From Patescibacteria group bacterium UBA2193 (lineage in GTDB: Bacteria > Patescibacteriota > Minisyncoccia > Moranbacterales > DUUL01), in the NCBI GenBank assembly GCA_002327335.1, contig DCVH01000032.1:1-35775 (forward strand): a stretch of 35,775 bases of DNA, in the 5' to 3' direction. How positions within the stretch are numbered: the first letter of the stretch is position 1; each line of letters opens with the position of its first letter. The notes beneath the pieces were generated by a model. It had not been told where the DNA came from. It saw only the letters and a list, made by a program, of their open reading frames with translations, and ran no database searches. Of this stretch, positions 9,431 to 17,676 are shown in pieces. Both the position numbers and the translations under genes were made by a program.

Positions 9431-9790
9431 TTATTTTTGGCATTTTAAACAAGTACTTGCTGATGGGTAGGCCCGCAATCTTTCTAGGGGGATTTCTTCG
9501 TTTTCACAATTTTCGCAAATTCCATATGTTCCATTTTGCATTCGGTTAAGGGCTCCATTAACTTCCTTAAGTTTGTTTTCGAGAGTTTCTGTTATGCCAA
9601 GATTGTTTGAATATTCTTCAACTTCTTCAGCATTGTCTTCTTCGTCTCTTCCGATGTTTTCAAATTTTGCTTCATATTCATCTTTTCCTTCATCTTCTTT
9701 TTTTGCGATTAGGCCAAGTTCTTTTTCTAGTTTATCTTTTTCTTCCAAAAGAAGATTCTTAAGTTCCCCAAGAGTTTTTTCATTAATCAT
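9431..9790 (-). CDS. DksA/TraR family C4-type zinc-finger protein
   Basis: 119 aa. An N-terminal coiled coil is followed by C-terminal CENCENEEIPLERLRAYPSASTCLKC (CxxC-x17-CxxC). Confidence 0.8.
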   Translation of the reverse strand: MINEKTLGELKNLLLEEKDKLEKELGLIAKKEDEGKDEYEAKFENIGRDEEDNAEEVEEYSNNLGITETLENKLKEVNGALNRMQNGTYGICENCENEEIPLERLRAYPSASTCLKCQK

Positions 9791-9886
9791 TTTTTTTCAT
9801 TATTTTTTACTTCAAACAAATCCCTTTAGACTGTGTTTCTGCTGGGCTTCTGTTTATACAACTATTCTAGCAGTTTTATTTGTTTC

Positions 9887-9914
9887 TTGCAATTTTATTA
9901 CTTTCTTGTAATAT
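9887..9914 (+). promoter_or_regulatory. Putative sigma-70-type promoter for the ileS leader
   Basis: TTGCAA (9887-9892), a 16-nt spacer, then TAATAT (9909-9914) with TG immediately upstream. It lies just 5' of the T-box leader. Confidence 0.5.
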
Positions 9915-9920
9915 GGAGGG

Positions 9921-10168
9921 TGTGAGAGGTAATAAAAAGGCGAAGATGGAACAATCATTCCGGAGCTGCAAGAAGAACTTCTTAATTAAAGAAAAATAGA
10001 CCTTGCCGGGCAGGCCCGTAATAGCTTTAATGAGAGTTGCTAGCTTTTATCTTATAGCTTCTAGAATTTTTCTAAAAGCTAATAACTAAAAACTAGAAGC
10101 TAAATTAAGGTGGTACCACGATTTATTCGTCCTTAAGTCTTTTCGACTTTGGGATTTTTTTATTGTTT
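9921..10168 (+). promoter_or_regulatory. T-box leader (tRNA-sensing riboswitch) with terminator/antiterminator, upstream of ileS
   Basis: AAAUUAAGGUGGUACCACG (10102-10120) matches the conserved T-box sequence, with GGUGGUACC exact. UUAAGG (10105-10110) can pair with CCUUAA (10131-10136) to form the antiterminator. The same CCUUAAGUC also pairs with GACUUUGGG in a terminator stem followed by AUUUUUUUAUU (to ~10168). An Ile codon AUC followed by A lies at 9954-9957 in the loop of GGAA-CAAUCA-UUCC. Confidence 0.8.
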
Positions 10169-10308
10169 CATAGAGAAGAATTAGAACCTTTATTTTTTTC
10201 ACTGAATTTGCTTCTAGTAGTTTCAGATTCTTCTCATTGATATCATTACGTTCAAAAAATAAAGTTTCTAATTCTTTAGGGTATTTTAATTTTTAAAATA
10301 ATAAAAAT

Positions 10309-13300
10309 ATGTTTAAAACAGTTGATGCGAAAAGGAAATATTCAGAAATGGAAGGGGATGTTTTGAAGTTTTGGAAAGAGAATAAGATTTTTGAGAAGTC
10401 TGTTGAACAAAGGGGTGAGGACAAGCTTTATAGCTTTTATGACGGCCCACCATTTGCCACAGGAGAGCCTCATTACGGTCATATAGTTGGAAGTACCATG
10501 AAGGACGTTGTGCCTCGCTATTGGGCAATGAAGGGCTTCAGAGTGGAACGTCGTTGGGGCTGGGACTGTCATGGTTTGCCAATCGAAAATATCGCTGAAA
10601 AAGACCTTGGTATTCATCATAAAAAAGAAATAGAAGAGCTGGGCGTGGAAAAATTCAATGAAACCTGTCGAACAAAGGTTTTGAGTTATGTTGAAGAATG
10701 GGAAAAAGTGATTGATAAATTGGGGCGTTGGGCTGACATGAAAAATGGTTACAAAACGATGGATCTTGATTATATGGAATCAGTTTGGTGGGTCTTCAAA
10801 CAACTTTATGACAAAGGATTGATTTATGAAGGTTATCGGTCTATGCATATTTGTCCTCGATGTGAAACCACTCTTTCTCAGACAGAAGTTTCCGAAGGAT
10901 ATAAGGATATTAAAGATTTATCTGTAATTGCAGAATTTCGACTTATTGATGATGAAAAAACTTCCATTCTTGCTTGGACGACAACTCCTTGGACATTAAT
11001 TGGAAATGTGGCATTAGCAGTGGGATCTGACATTGATTATGTTAAAATTGAAAAAAAAGACGAAGGTACTGGGGGCTTAGTCTGTTTTATCTTAGCAAAA
11101 GAAAAATTGGAGAATCTTTTTGAAGGGCAGGATTATAAAATTATTGAAGAATTCAAGGGAGCGGAATTGGTGGGGAAGGCCTATCGGCCATTATTTGGTT
11201 ATTATTCCAATCAAGAAAATCTGGAAAATCGAGAAAATGGTTGGAAAGTTTGTGCAGGTAATTTTGTGACTACTGAGGATGGGACCGGGATTGTGCATAT
11301 CGCGCCAGCTTTTGGTGAAGATGACATGAATCTCGGGAAAGAAAACAATCTTCCTTTTGTGCAACATGTTGGCATGGATGGAATTATCAAGAAGGAAGCA
11401 ATGGATTTTGTGGGACTTTCTGTGAAACCGCTTGGCGATCATCAAAAAACGGATGTGGAAATTATTAAATATTTAGCTCACAATAATCTGCTTTTCTCAA
11501 AAGAAAAGTTTGAGCATAGTTATCCGCATTGTTGGAGATGTGATACTCCGCTGATAAATTATGCAACTTCTTCTTGGTTTGTGGCGATTACAAAAATTAA
11601 AGAAAAAATGCTGGAGAACGCCAAGATTCTTAATTGGGAGCCATCATATATTAAAGAGGGACGATGGGGAAATTGGCTTGAAGGCGCGAGAGATTGGTCA
11701 ATCAGCCGACAGCGTTATTGGGCATCTGTAATGCCGATTTGGAAGTGTGAATGTGGTGAAATAAAGGTAATTGGTTCTGTTAAGGAATTAGAAGAGCAGA
11801 AGGATCTTGGAATTTTTTATGTGATGCGACATGGAGAAGCGGGGAATAATGTTGAAAGAGTGTTGTCTTGTAAGGTTGGAGATGGTAAATTCTTAACAGA
11901 AAAGGGCGTTTCTGATGTAAATAATACTGCGGAAAAATTAGTTGATAAAAAAATAGACCTTATTATCTCTTCTGATATTGATCGAACCAAGCAAACCAGT
12001 GAAATTGTTGCCAAAAAACTGGGGGTTGAAATCATTTATGATTCTAGATTAAGAGAAACTGATACAGGTGATTATAATGGAGTAAAAATTGATGATATTA
12101 AGGATTTTGTTGATAATTGGGAGAATGGATGCAAAGAGAGTTTTCCAAATGGTGACAGCTGGGAAAATCTGGGAGAAAGAATGGAAAATTTCTATAATGA
12201 TATTTTTTCTAAATATCGAGGTAAGAAAATATTAGTAGTTTCTCACGGTGATTTAATTAATGCATTAGAAGCGAAATTTGTAGATGGTAATTATCTAGAT
12301 AATGTCAAAGCAGTTTATCAAAATAATTACATTAATAAAGCTGAGCTTAGGGAGAAAAAATACAAAATAATTGATCTTCATAAACACATTGTCGATAAAA
12401 TAACTTTTCCTTGCGAAAAATGCGGGAAAGAAATGAAAAGGATTCCGGATGTTCTGGATACCTGGTTTGATAGTGGTTCAATGCCATATGCCCAGGCGCA
12501 TTATCCGTTTGAAAATAAGGAAAAATTTGAAAAAAGTTTTCCGGCTGAATTTATTGCGGAAGGAATTGACCAAACTCGAGCCTGGTTCTATTATTTGCAC
12601 GCGATTGCTACCGGAATTTTTGACAAAGAAGCTTTTCGAAATGTGATTGTAAACGGAATTGTTTTGGCGGAAGATGGGAAAAAAATGTCCAAAAGACTCA
12701 AAAACTATCCAGATCCAACTGAAATGATTGAAAAATATGGAGCGGATGTTTTGAGATTTTATCTTCTTTATTCTCCGGTAGTTCGTGCCCAGAATCTTAA
12801 TTTTTCGGAAAAAGATCTAGCCGAATTTTCCCGGGGAATGTTTCGAATGATTCAGAATTCTTATTCATTCTTTGTTTTATATGCAAATATTGATAAATGG
12901 AGCCCTGCTGAAAAAACAGAACCTAAAAATTTATTGGACAAGTGGCTTTTATCTGAATTGAATATGTTGATTCGAGATGTTGATTTAGCGATGGAAAATT
13001 ATGAATTAAACAAAGCAGTTCGTCTTTTCCCGCAATTTGTTGATAATCTTTCCAATTGGTATATCAGGAGATCTCGAAGAAGATTTTGGAAAAGCGAGAG
13101 CGACGAAGACAAGAATAATGCCTATCAAACACTCTGGACAGTTTTGACAGAATTTTCAAAGGTTTTGGCACCATTTTGTCCTTTTATTTCCGAGGAAATT
13201 TATCGGAATTTAACAGGCGAAGAATCGGTGCATCTTTGTGATTTTCCGGTTGCTGATGAGAAATTAATTGATGAGAAGCTGAATGCAAACATGGGTGATC

Positions 13301-13791
13301 TTCGAGAGATTATAACATTGGGATTGCAAGATAGGGCTAAAAATAAAATCAAAGTTCGTCAACCATTGAAGCGCGTTTTTCTTGGGCAAAAATATATGAG
13401 AGTGTTCGAAGAGCTGATTAATGAAACAGAATGGAGCAACATTTTGACGGAAGAGCTTAATGTAAAAGGAGCAGAGCTTGGGACTGAAATTGAAACAATA
13501 ACAGTTGATATTGAAGTTACTCCAGAACTTAGACTTGAAGGCCAAATGCGGGAGCTTATTCGTCACATTCAACAAGCCAGAAAAGAGGCTGATTTCCAAA
13601 TTGATGATCGGATAGATGTCTTCTATGAAGGTGGGGCAGAAATTTTTGGAAAAACAGAATTATATGAAGAAATCAAAAAGGAAGTTCTGGCAAAAAAACT
13701 TGAAAAAGTTGGAAACGAGAAACCAGAAGCAGATATTGAAAAAGAAGCAAGAATTGATGATTTGATAATTAGATTTTGGTTGAAAAAATAA
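10309..13791 (+). CDS. ileS: Isoleucyl-tRNA synthetase, type 2 (eukaryote/archaeal-like), carrying an inserted extra domain
   Basis: 1160 aa. It has PHYGHIVG (HIGH), WGWDCHGLP, the editing-domain signature WTTTPWTLIGN, the WISRQRYW box, KMSKR (KMSKS), and no C-terminal Zn-finger peptide of type 1 enzymes. Confidence 0.95.
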   Translation: MFKTVDAKRKYSEMEGDVLKFWKENKIFEKSVEQRGEDKLYSFYDGPPFATGEPHYGHIVGSTMKDVVPRYWAMKGFRVERRWGWDCHGLPIENIAEKDLGIHHKKEIEELGVEKFNETCRTKVLSYVEEWEKVIDKLGRWADMKNGYKTMDLDYMESVWWVFKQLYDKGLIYEGYRSMHICPRCETTLSQTEVSEGYKDIKDLSVIAEFRLIDDEKTSILAWTTTPWTLIGNVALAVGSDIDYVKIEKKDEGTGGLVCFILAKEKLENLFEGQDYKIIEEFKGAELVGKAYRPLFGYYSNQENLENRENGWKVCAGNFVTTEDGTGIVHIAPAFGEDDMNLGKENNLPFVQHVGMDGIIKKEAMDFVGLSVKPLGDHQKTDVEIIKYLAHNNLLFSKEKFEHSYPHCWRCDTPLINYATSSWFVAITKIKEKMLENAKILNWEPSYIKEGRWGNWLEGARDWSISRQRYWASVMPIWKCECGEIKVIGSVKELEEQKDLGIFYVMRHGEAGNNVERVLSCKVGDGKFLTEKGVSDVNNTAEKLVDKKIDLIISSDIDRTKQTSEIVAKKLGVEIIYDSRLRETDTGDYNGVKIDDIKDFVDNWENGCKESFPNGDSWENLGERMENFYNDIFSKYRGKKILVVSHGDLINALEAKFVDGNYLDNVKAVYQNNYINKAELREKKYKIIDLHKHIVDKITFPCEKCGKEMKRIPDVLDTWFDSGSMPYAQAHYPFENKEKFEKSFPAEFIAEGIDQTRAWFYYLHAIATGIFDKEAFRNVIVNGIVLAEDGKKMSKRLKNYPDPTEMIEKYGADVLRFYLLYSPVVRAQNLNFSEKDLAEFSRGMFRMIQNSYSFFVLYANIDKWSPAEKTEPKNLLDKWLLSELNMLIRDVDLAMENYELNKAVRLFPQFVDNLSNWYIRRSRRRFWKSESDEDKNNAYQTLWTVLTEFSKVLAPFCPFISEEIYRNLTGEESVHLCDFPVADEKLIDEKLNANMGDLREIITLGLQDRAKNKIKVRQPLKRVFLGQKYMRVFEELINETEWSNILTEELNVKGAELGTEIETITVDIEVTPELRLEGQMRELIRHIQQARKEADFQIDDRIDVFYEGGAEIFGKTELYEEIKKEVLAKKLEKVGNEKPEADIEKEARIDDLIIRFWLKK
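11800..12369 (+). other. Histidine phosphatase superfamily (PGAM-like, branch 1) domain inserted in-frame within IleRS
   Basis: Residues ~498-687 contain FYVMRHGEAGNN (R507-H508), SSDIDRTKQTSE, LRETDTGDYNG and LVVSHGDLI (H646). The flanks are the two IleRS Cys pairs, WKCECGE and PCEKCGKE. Confidence 0.8.
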
Positions 13792-13815
13792 AAATCTCCT
13801 TATTGGGAATAAAAA

Positions 13816-13845
13816 ACGACGGAAGAAAAATCCGTCGTTTTTGTT
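13816..13845. terminator. Bidirectional intrinsic terminator between ileS and the convergent response-regulator gene
   Basis: The ACGACGGA / TCCGTCGT stem (8 bp) has an A-run on the 5' side and a T-run on the 3' side. Confidence 0.8.
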
Positions 13846-13864
13846 TTTCGAATATTTTTTTGAA

Positions 13865-14710
13865 CTATTCTTTTCCTAATTCTTTTTTAATCTTTTCGAT
13901 AATTTCTTCGGTGTTGAAATGGGCTTTTACGAGATAGTCGTTGGCGCCGATTTTGATAGCTTTTTCGATATCATCTTTCTGTCCAAGATTTGAAAGCATA
14001 ATGATTGGAACTTTTTGCACCTCTGGGTTAGAAAGTCCTCTGATTTTTTCTAGTACTTCAAACCCATCGATAGCAGGGAGGATAATGTCTAATAGTACGA
14101 TGTCAGGGTTGATTTTTTCAACGTTTTTCAAAGCTTCTTCTCCGTCAATTGCTTCATAAACCTCAAATCCTTCCTTGCTTAATTTCTTAGCGCAAATATC
14201 TCTCAAAAAAGAATCATCTTCAACCAACATTACTTTTATTCCAACACTTTCTTTCGCGCCTTCTTCCTTTCGAGGTTGGATAACTTCTTCGTCCGTAGCT
14301 GTTTCTGAGGCTGTTTCTCCTGTTGCGGTTTCGTTTGAAGAATTAAGGTATTTTTGAACTTTTTCAATTACTTCCTTCGGATCAAATTGAGTTTTGATTA
14401 GATGATCAATTGCTCCTAATTTTTTTGTTTTTTCGATTTCAACTGGTTGACCGGAGTTTGAAATGATAATTACTGGGGTTTTGACTCCTTCCTCGTTCAT
14501 CTTTTCTAAAACCTCATAGCCGTCCATTTTTGGCATTACAATATCAAGAAGAATTAAATCTGGTCCCCAACTTTTGATATTGTTGTAGCCATCTTCACCA
14601 TCAAAAGAAACTTTTACTTCATGTCCTTCTTTGATGAGTTTTGCCTCAAGAACGTCTGCTAGCGCTTCCTCGTCTTCTATCAGCAATATTTTAGCGGTTT
14701 TATTTTCCAT
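13865..14710 (-). CDS. Response regulator with two receiver (REC) domains and no output domain
   Basis: 281 aa. Two CheY-like units carry phospho-acceptor contexts LILLDIVMPKMDG and IVLLDIILPAIDG. They are joined by an acidic T/E-rich linker, and no DNA-binding or enzymatic domain is present. Confidence 0.85.
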   Translation of the reverse strand: MENKTAKILLIEDEEALADVLEAKLIKEGHEVKVSFDGEDGYNNIKSWGPDLILLDIVMPKMDGYEVLEKMNEEGVKTPVIIISNSGQPVEIEKTKKLGAIDHLIKTQFDPKEVIEKVQKYLNSSNETATGETASETATDEEVIQPRKEEGAKESVGIKVMLVEDDSFLRDICAKKLSKEGFEVYEAIDGEEALKNVEKINPDIVLLDIILPAIDGFEVLEKIRGLSNPEVQKVPIIMLSNLGQKDDIEKAIKIGANDYLVKAHFNTEEIIEKIKKELGKE

Positions 14711-14746
14711 AATTTTATTTATTATTTTTTTATTAAATTATTTAAA

Positions 14747-14791
14747 GCAAAGACAGAAATGGTGCTTTTGGAAGCACAAAATGTCTTTTGC
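14747..14791 (-). promoter_or_regulatory. Intercistronic stem-loop between the HK1 stop and the REC-REC start
   Basis: Nested complementarity: GCAAAGACA...UGUCUUUUGC encloses GTGCTT-TTGG-AAGCAC. The function (attenuator or processing site) is unknown. Confidence 0.4.
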
Positions 14792-14809
14792 TGTTTTTAA
14801 AATGCTTTT

Positions 14810-16402
14810 CTACAGTTTACTATTTTTCAACGGTAATGTAAAACTAATTTTGGTTCCTTTGCCTTCTTCGCTTTCAATGCTGATTCTTCCTTTGTGTTCT
14901 TCTACAATATTTTTAGCAATAAACAAGCCCAATCCGCTTCCTTCTGTTTGCATTCTCATTACATTAGTAGCTCGGAAGAACTTTGTGAATAATTTAACTT
15001 TATCTTCTTCTGGAACACCAACTCCATTGTCTTTGACAGCAACTTCAAGAAAATCTTCTCCTTTCTTTTCAAGGATAATCTCAATCTTCCCAAACTCTGG
15101 TGTATATTTTATAGCATTATCTACGAGATTTTGCAAAACCAAAAGGATTCTTTCTTTGTCTATATACACTTTCGGCAGAGAAGGTGGTTTTGTAATTATC
15201 AATTTTTGATTATTTTTCTTTATGAGATTTTTAACATTATCATCAACAATGTCTATTACTTCCTGAAAATCGCACATATTAAAATCATAGCCAAATCTTC
15301 CTTCCTCGATTCGGGAAACACTGAGCAGATCATTTACAAGTTCAATAATTCTTTCATTACTTCGGTATCCTTTGTCCAGAAGCTCTTTTTGTTCGTCGTT
15401 TAATGTTCCACAGTCTTCATCGAGAATCATTTTAATTACCCATTTAATTGCAGAAAGAGGGGTTCTTAGTTGATGGGCGGCAATTGAAATAAACTCAGAT
15501 TTCATTCGATCAATCGCTTTTTCTCTGGTGAGATCATGGAATATTTTCATTGTTCCAAGATAAGAGTCTTTGTCAAAAACCTTGGCTGTAATCACTTTGT
15601 AAATAATTTCTTTATCGCCATTTTTTATGGTTACTTCCTCCGTTATCTCCTCTTCTGATTCAGAGCCTATTTCTTTAACCTCAAAATCTTTTCGAGCTAT
15701 TTTATGAAAATTGTTCATGGAAAAATTTTCATTTTCGAAAGCTTTTTGCCCAAGAGCGTCATCTCTTAAGCCAAAAACTTCTTTGGCCGCTGGATTGAGA
15801 AGACTAATAACCCCATTTTTATCAGCTACGATAATCGGGTCAACAAGATTGGAAAGAATGGCAGAGGTTTTGTTTTTTTCTTCTTCAACTTTTTTTCTAG
15901 CATCTTCTGTGTCCTCAAGCATGTTAATTAAGGACTTTTTTGTTCTTTCAAGCTCCTCAGTTCTTTCTGCGACCTTTTCCTCAAGCCCTTCTTGCAATTT
16001 TTTTATTTCCGTTATATCAGAAATAGCTAAAAAGAAGCCAATGAAATTCTTTTCTCGGTCTGTTCTTTTCGCAACAGAAACGTTGACGGACATTTTTTTG
16101 CCCTCCTTGGTAACCAGAATCATTTCTTGATTTTCGATGATTTCTTCGTTAGCTGATTTTTTTAGAAAATCATCGAGGAGGGTTTGATTTTCAAAAAGCT
16201 TGTTTGCATATTCTCCGATGAGATCAATTTCGCTGAATCCTGTCATTTTTTTAGCAGATTCATTGATGTCAACGATAACATTTCTTGGATTTATGGTGCA
16301 AACCGAAAGAGGAAGAAAAAAAGAAAACTCTTCAATATATTTTTCCAAACTTTCTATGTCCTCATAGATTTGTTGGGAAAGTTTGTCTTGTTGATTCTCC
16401 AT
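14810..16402 (-). CDS. Soluble PAS-domain sensor histidine kinase (HK1)
   Basis: 530 aa with no TM segment and PAS-like repeats. The HisKA H-box is SEFISIAAHQLRTPLSAI. The HATPase N/G boxes are NLVDNAIKYTP, DNGVGVP and GSGLGLFIAK. Confidence 0.9.
   Translation of the reverse strand: MENQQDKLSQQIYEDIESLEKYIEEFSFFLPLSVCTINPRNVIVDINESAKKMTGFSEIDLIGEYANKLFENQTLLDDFLKKSANEEIIENQEMILVTKEGKKMSVNVSVAKRTDREKNFIGFFLAISDITEIKKLQEGLEEKVAERTEELERTKKSLINMLEDTEDARKKVEEEKNKTSAILSNLVDPIIVADKNGVISLLNPAAKEVFGLRDDALGQKAFENENFSMNNFHKIARKDFEVKEIGSESEEEITEEVTIKNGDKEIIYKVITAKVFDKDSYLGTMKIFHDLTREKAIDRMKSEFISIAAHQLRTPLSAIKWVIKMILDEDCGTLNDEQKELLDKGYRSNERIIELVNDLLSVSRIEEGRFGYDFNMCDFQEVIDIVDDNVKNLIKKNNQKLIITKPPSLPKVYIDKERILLVLQNLVDNAIKYTPEFGKIEIILEKKGEDFLEVAVKDNGVGVPEEDKVKLFTKFFRATNVMRMQTEGSGLGLFIAKNIVEEHKGRISIESEEGKGTKISFTLPLKNSKL
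14816..15135. repeat. Copy 1 of a 320-bp near-identical repeat (3' end of HK1)
   Basis: By hand alignment at a constant offset of 4117 nt, it matches 18933-19252 at 319/320 positions. The single difference is at 15017/19134. Confidence 0.9.
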
Positions 16403-16420
16403 GTTGTTTGTTTTTTTTAT

Positions 16421-17026
16421 TTATTCCCAGCGAAAAATGAATTCATAGCAATCTTTTTTCTGAACTCCATCTCCTTTAATATTTTCTATTCCAAGGGCAA
16501 TTTCTCCCATTTTTTCGAAAGAGCCGACAATGAAAAGATAGTCTACTGGATGGGTTTTAAAATTTTTGAGGCGAAGGATCACTTCTTTCTCATTTTCATC
16601 ATATTTTAAAAACTCTAAATCTCCCCGGGTGTAATGTTTTCTCCAATTTCTTGTGCCTGCCTCGATTGTTTTTTGAGGAGATATAAAATATTTTACAAAT
16701 ATTTTGAGTAGAGGGGAAAATGTTACGAAATTTCTTCCCATCTCAATAATGTCTTGTCTTTTCCATTTAAAAAATTTGGCGCTTGCTATAACGAAAAATA
16801 CTGGAATTTTCATTGGAATCCAACTCATTTTTTCAAAGGCTTCAATTTTTGGCAAAACAAATCCAATTGATTGAAGATTGTTTAGGAGAAGATTATATTT
16901 TCCTTCCCCTTCTTTTTTTTTGACATATTCCGTGACATACCTCAGGTCAAGCGCTCGTTCCTCTCCCTCGATTTTATTTATATCAGCAAGTTCTTCCTCA
17001 AGGCTTTTAAATTTTAATTCCTCCAT
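16421..17026 (-). CDS. Hypothetical protein, paralog B of a pair; possible V4R/H-NOX-like small-ligand-binding fold
   Basis: 201 aa. It shares IIEMG, YFIS, W(R/K)xHY, F(K/E)xHP and a C-terminal CYEFIFRWE-type ending with the adjacent ORF. It lies inside the two-component operon. Confidence 0.75.
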   Translation of the reverse strand: MEELKFKSLEEELADINKIEGEERALDLRYVTEYVKKKEGEGKYNLLLNNLQSIGFVLPKIEAFEKMSWIPMKIPVFFVIASAKFFKWKRQDIIEMGRNFVTFSPLLKIFVKYFISPQKTIEAGTRNWRKHYTRGDLEFLKYDENEKEVILRLKNFKTHPVDYLFIVGSFEKMGEIALGIENIKGDGVQKKDCYEFIFRWE

Positions 17027-17032
17027 TTTTTT

Positions 17033-17635
17033 CTACCAGGTTACTTTAAATTCGTGATATTCATCGCCCTTAAACATGCATTTTGTTTCTTTCATGACCA
17101 TATTTTCCGCTTTAACTATCATTCTGCAAATAGAAAGAAAATATCCTTTGTAATATTCACATAAAATCGGGTGAACCTCAAAATCTTTTAGGGGGAAAAC
17201 GAGATAATTGTCATTTACAACACTTGGATCAGGAACAACAAGTTCCCCGACGGAATAATGTTCTTTCCAGTATTTCGAGGCTTCCGAGAAAGTTTTTTCA
17301 AAGGAGATAAAATATCTCAGCAGAGTCCTTACAATAAAAGAGTATTTAGGGGCGGCTTCTCCCATTTCTATTATTTTTTCATTATCCCACTCAAAAACAT
17401 CTTGAATAAGGAGAATGGAAAGAACCCGCAGACTCAAGGGATACCATTTTGTAGCGTTTGCTTCTCCGTTGTAGTCTATGGGGATGTTTAATTGATTTGC
17501 CATGTTTTGAAGTTTCTCGAGGCCCTCTTCACCCATTTTTTCTTTTATGAACTCCGCATCAGTCTTGAAAACAACTCCTCGCGTTTCTCCTTTAACATTA
17601 TCAAGGATATTCTTAATTATTTTTTCATCAAGCAT
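17033..17635 (-). CDS. Hypothetical protein, paralog A of a pair; possible V4R/H-NOX-like small-ligand-binding fold
   Basis: 200 aa. The C-terminal KETKCMFKGDEYHEFKVTW resembles the ExxCxxxGDxxCxF ending of V4R domains. The fold assignment is tentative. Confidence 0.75.
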   Translation of the reverse strand: MLDEKIIKNILDNVKGETRGVVFKTDAEFIKEKMGEEGLEKLQNMANQLNIPIDYNGEANATKWYPLSLRVLSILLIQDVFEWDNEKIIEMGEAAPKYSFIVRTLLRYFISFEKTFSEASKYWKEHYSVGELVVPDPSVVNDNYLVFPLKDFEVHPILCEYYKGYFLSICRMIVKAENMVMKETKCMFKGDEYHEFKVTW

Positions 17636-17676
17636 GGTTTTGGTCTAAATATTTATGTGAAAATTTAAGGGAAAAG

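Noticed and set aside
11800-12369. The IleRS insertion considered as an intein or a mobile intervening sequence.
   Set aside because: There is no Cys/Ser/Thr nucleophile plus HN-C/S/T splice-junction pattern, and no homing-endonuclease or Hint motifs. Instead the segment has the full histidine-phosphatase signature and is best read as a domain insertion.
14631-15209. A 192-aa + strand ORF whose C-terminal part is identical to most of the 127-aa ORF at 18901-19284. This could look like a duplicated gene.
   Set aside because: Both are the antisense reading of the 320-bp identical tract at the 3' ends of the two histidine kinase genes. The duplication is real, but the coding strand is the minus strand.
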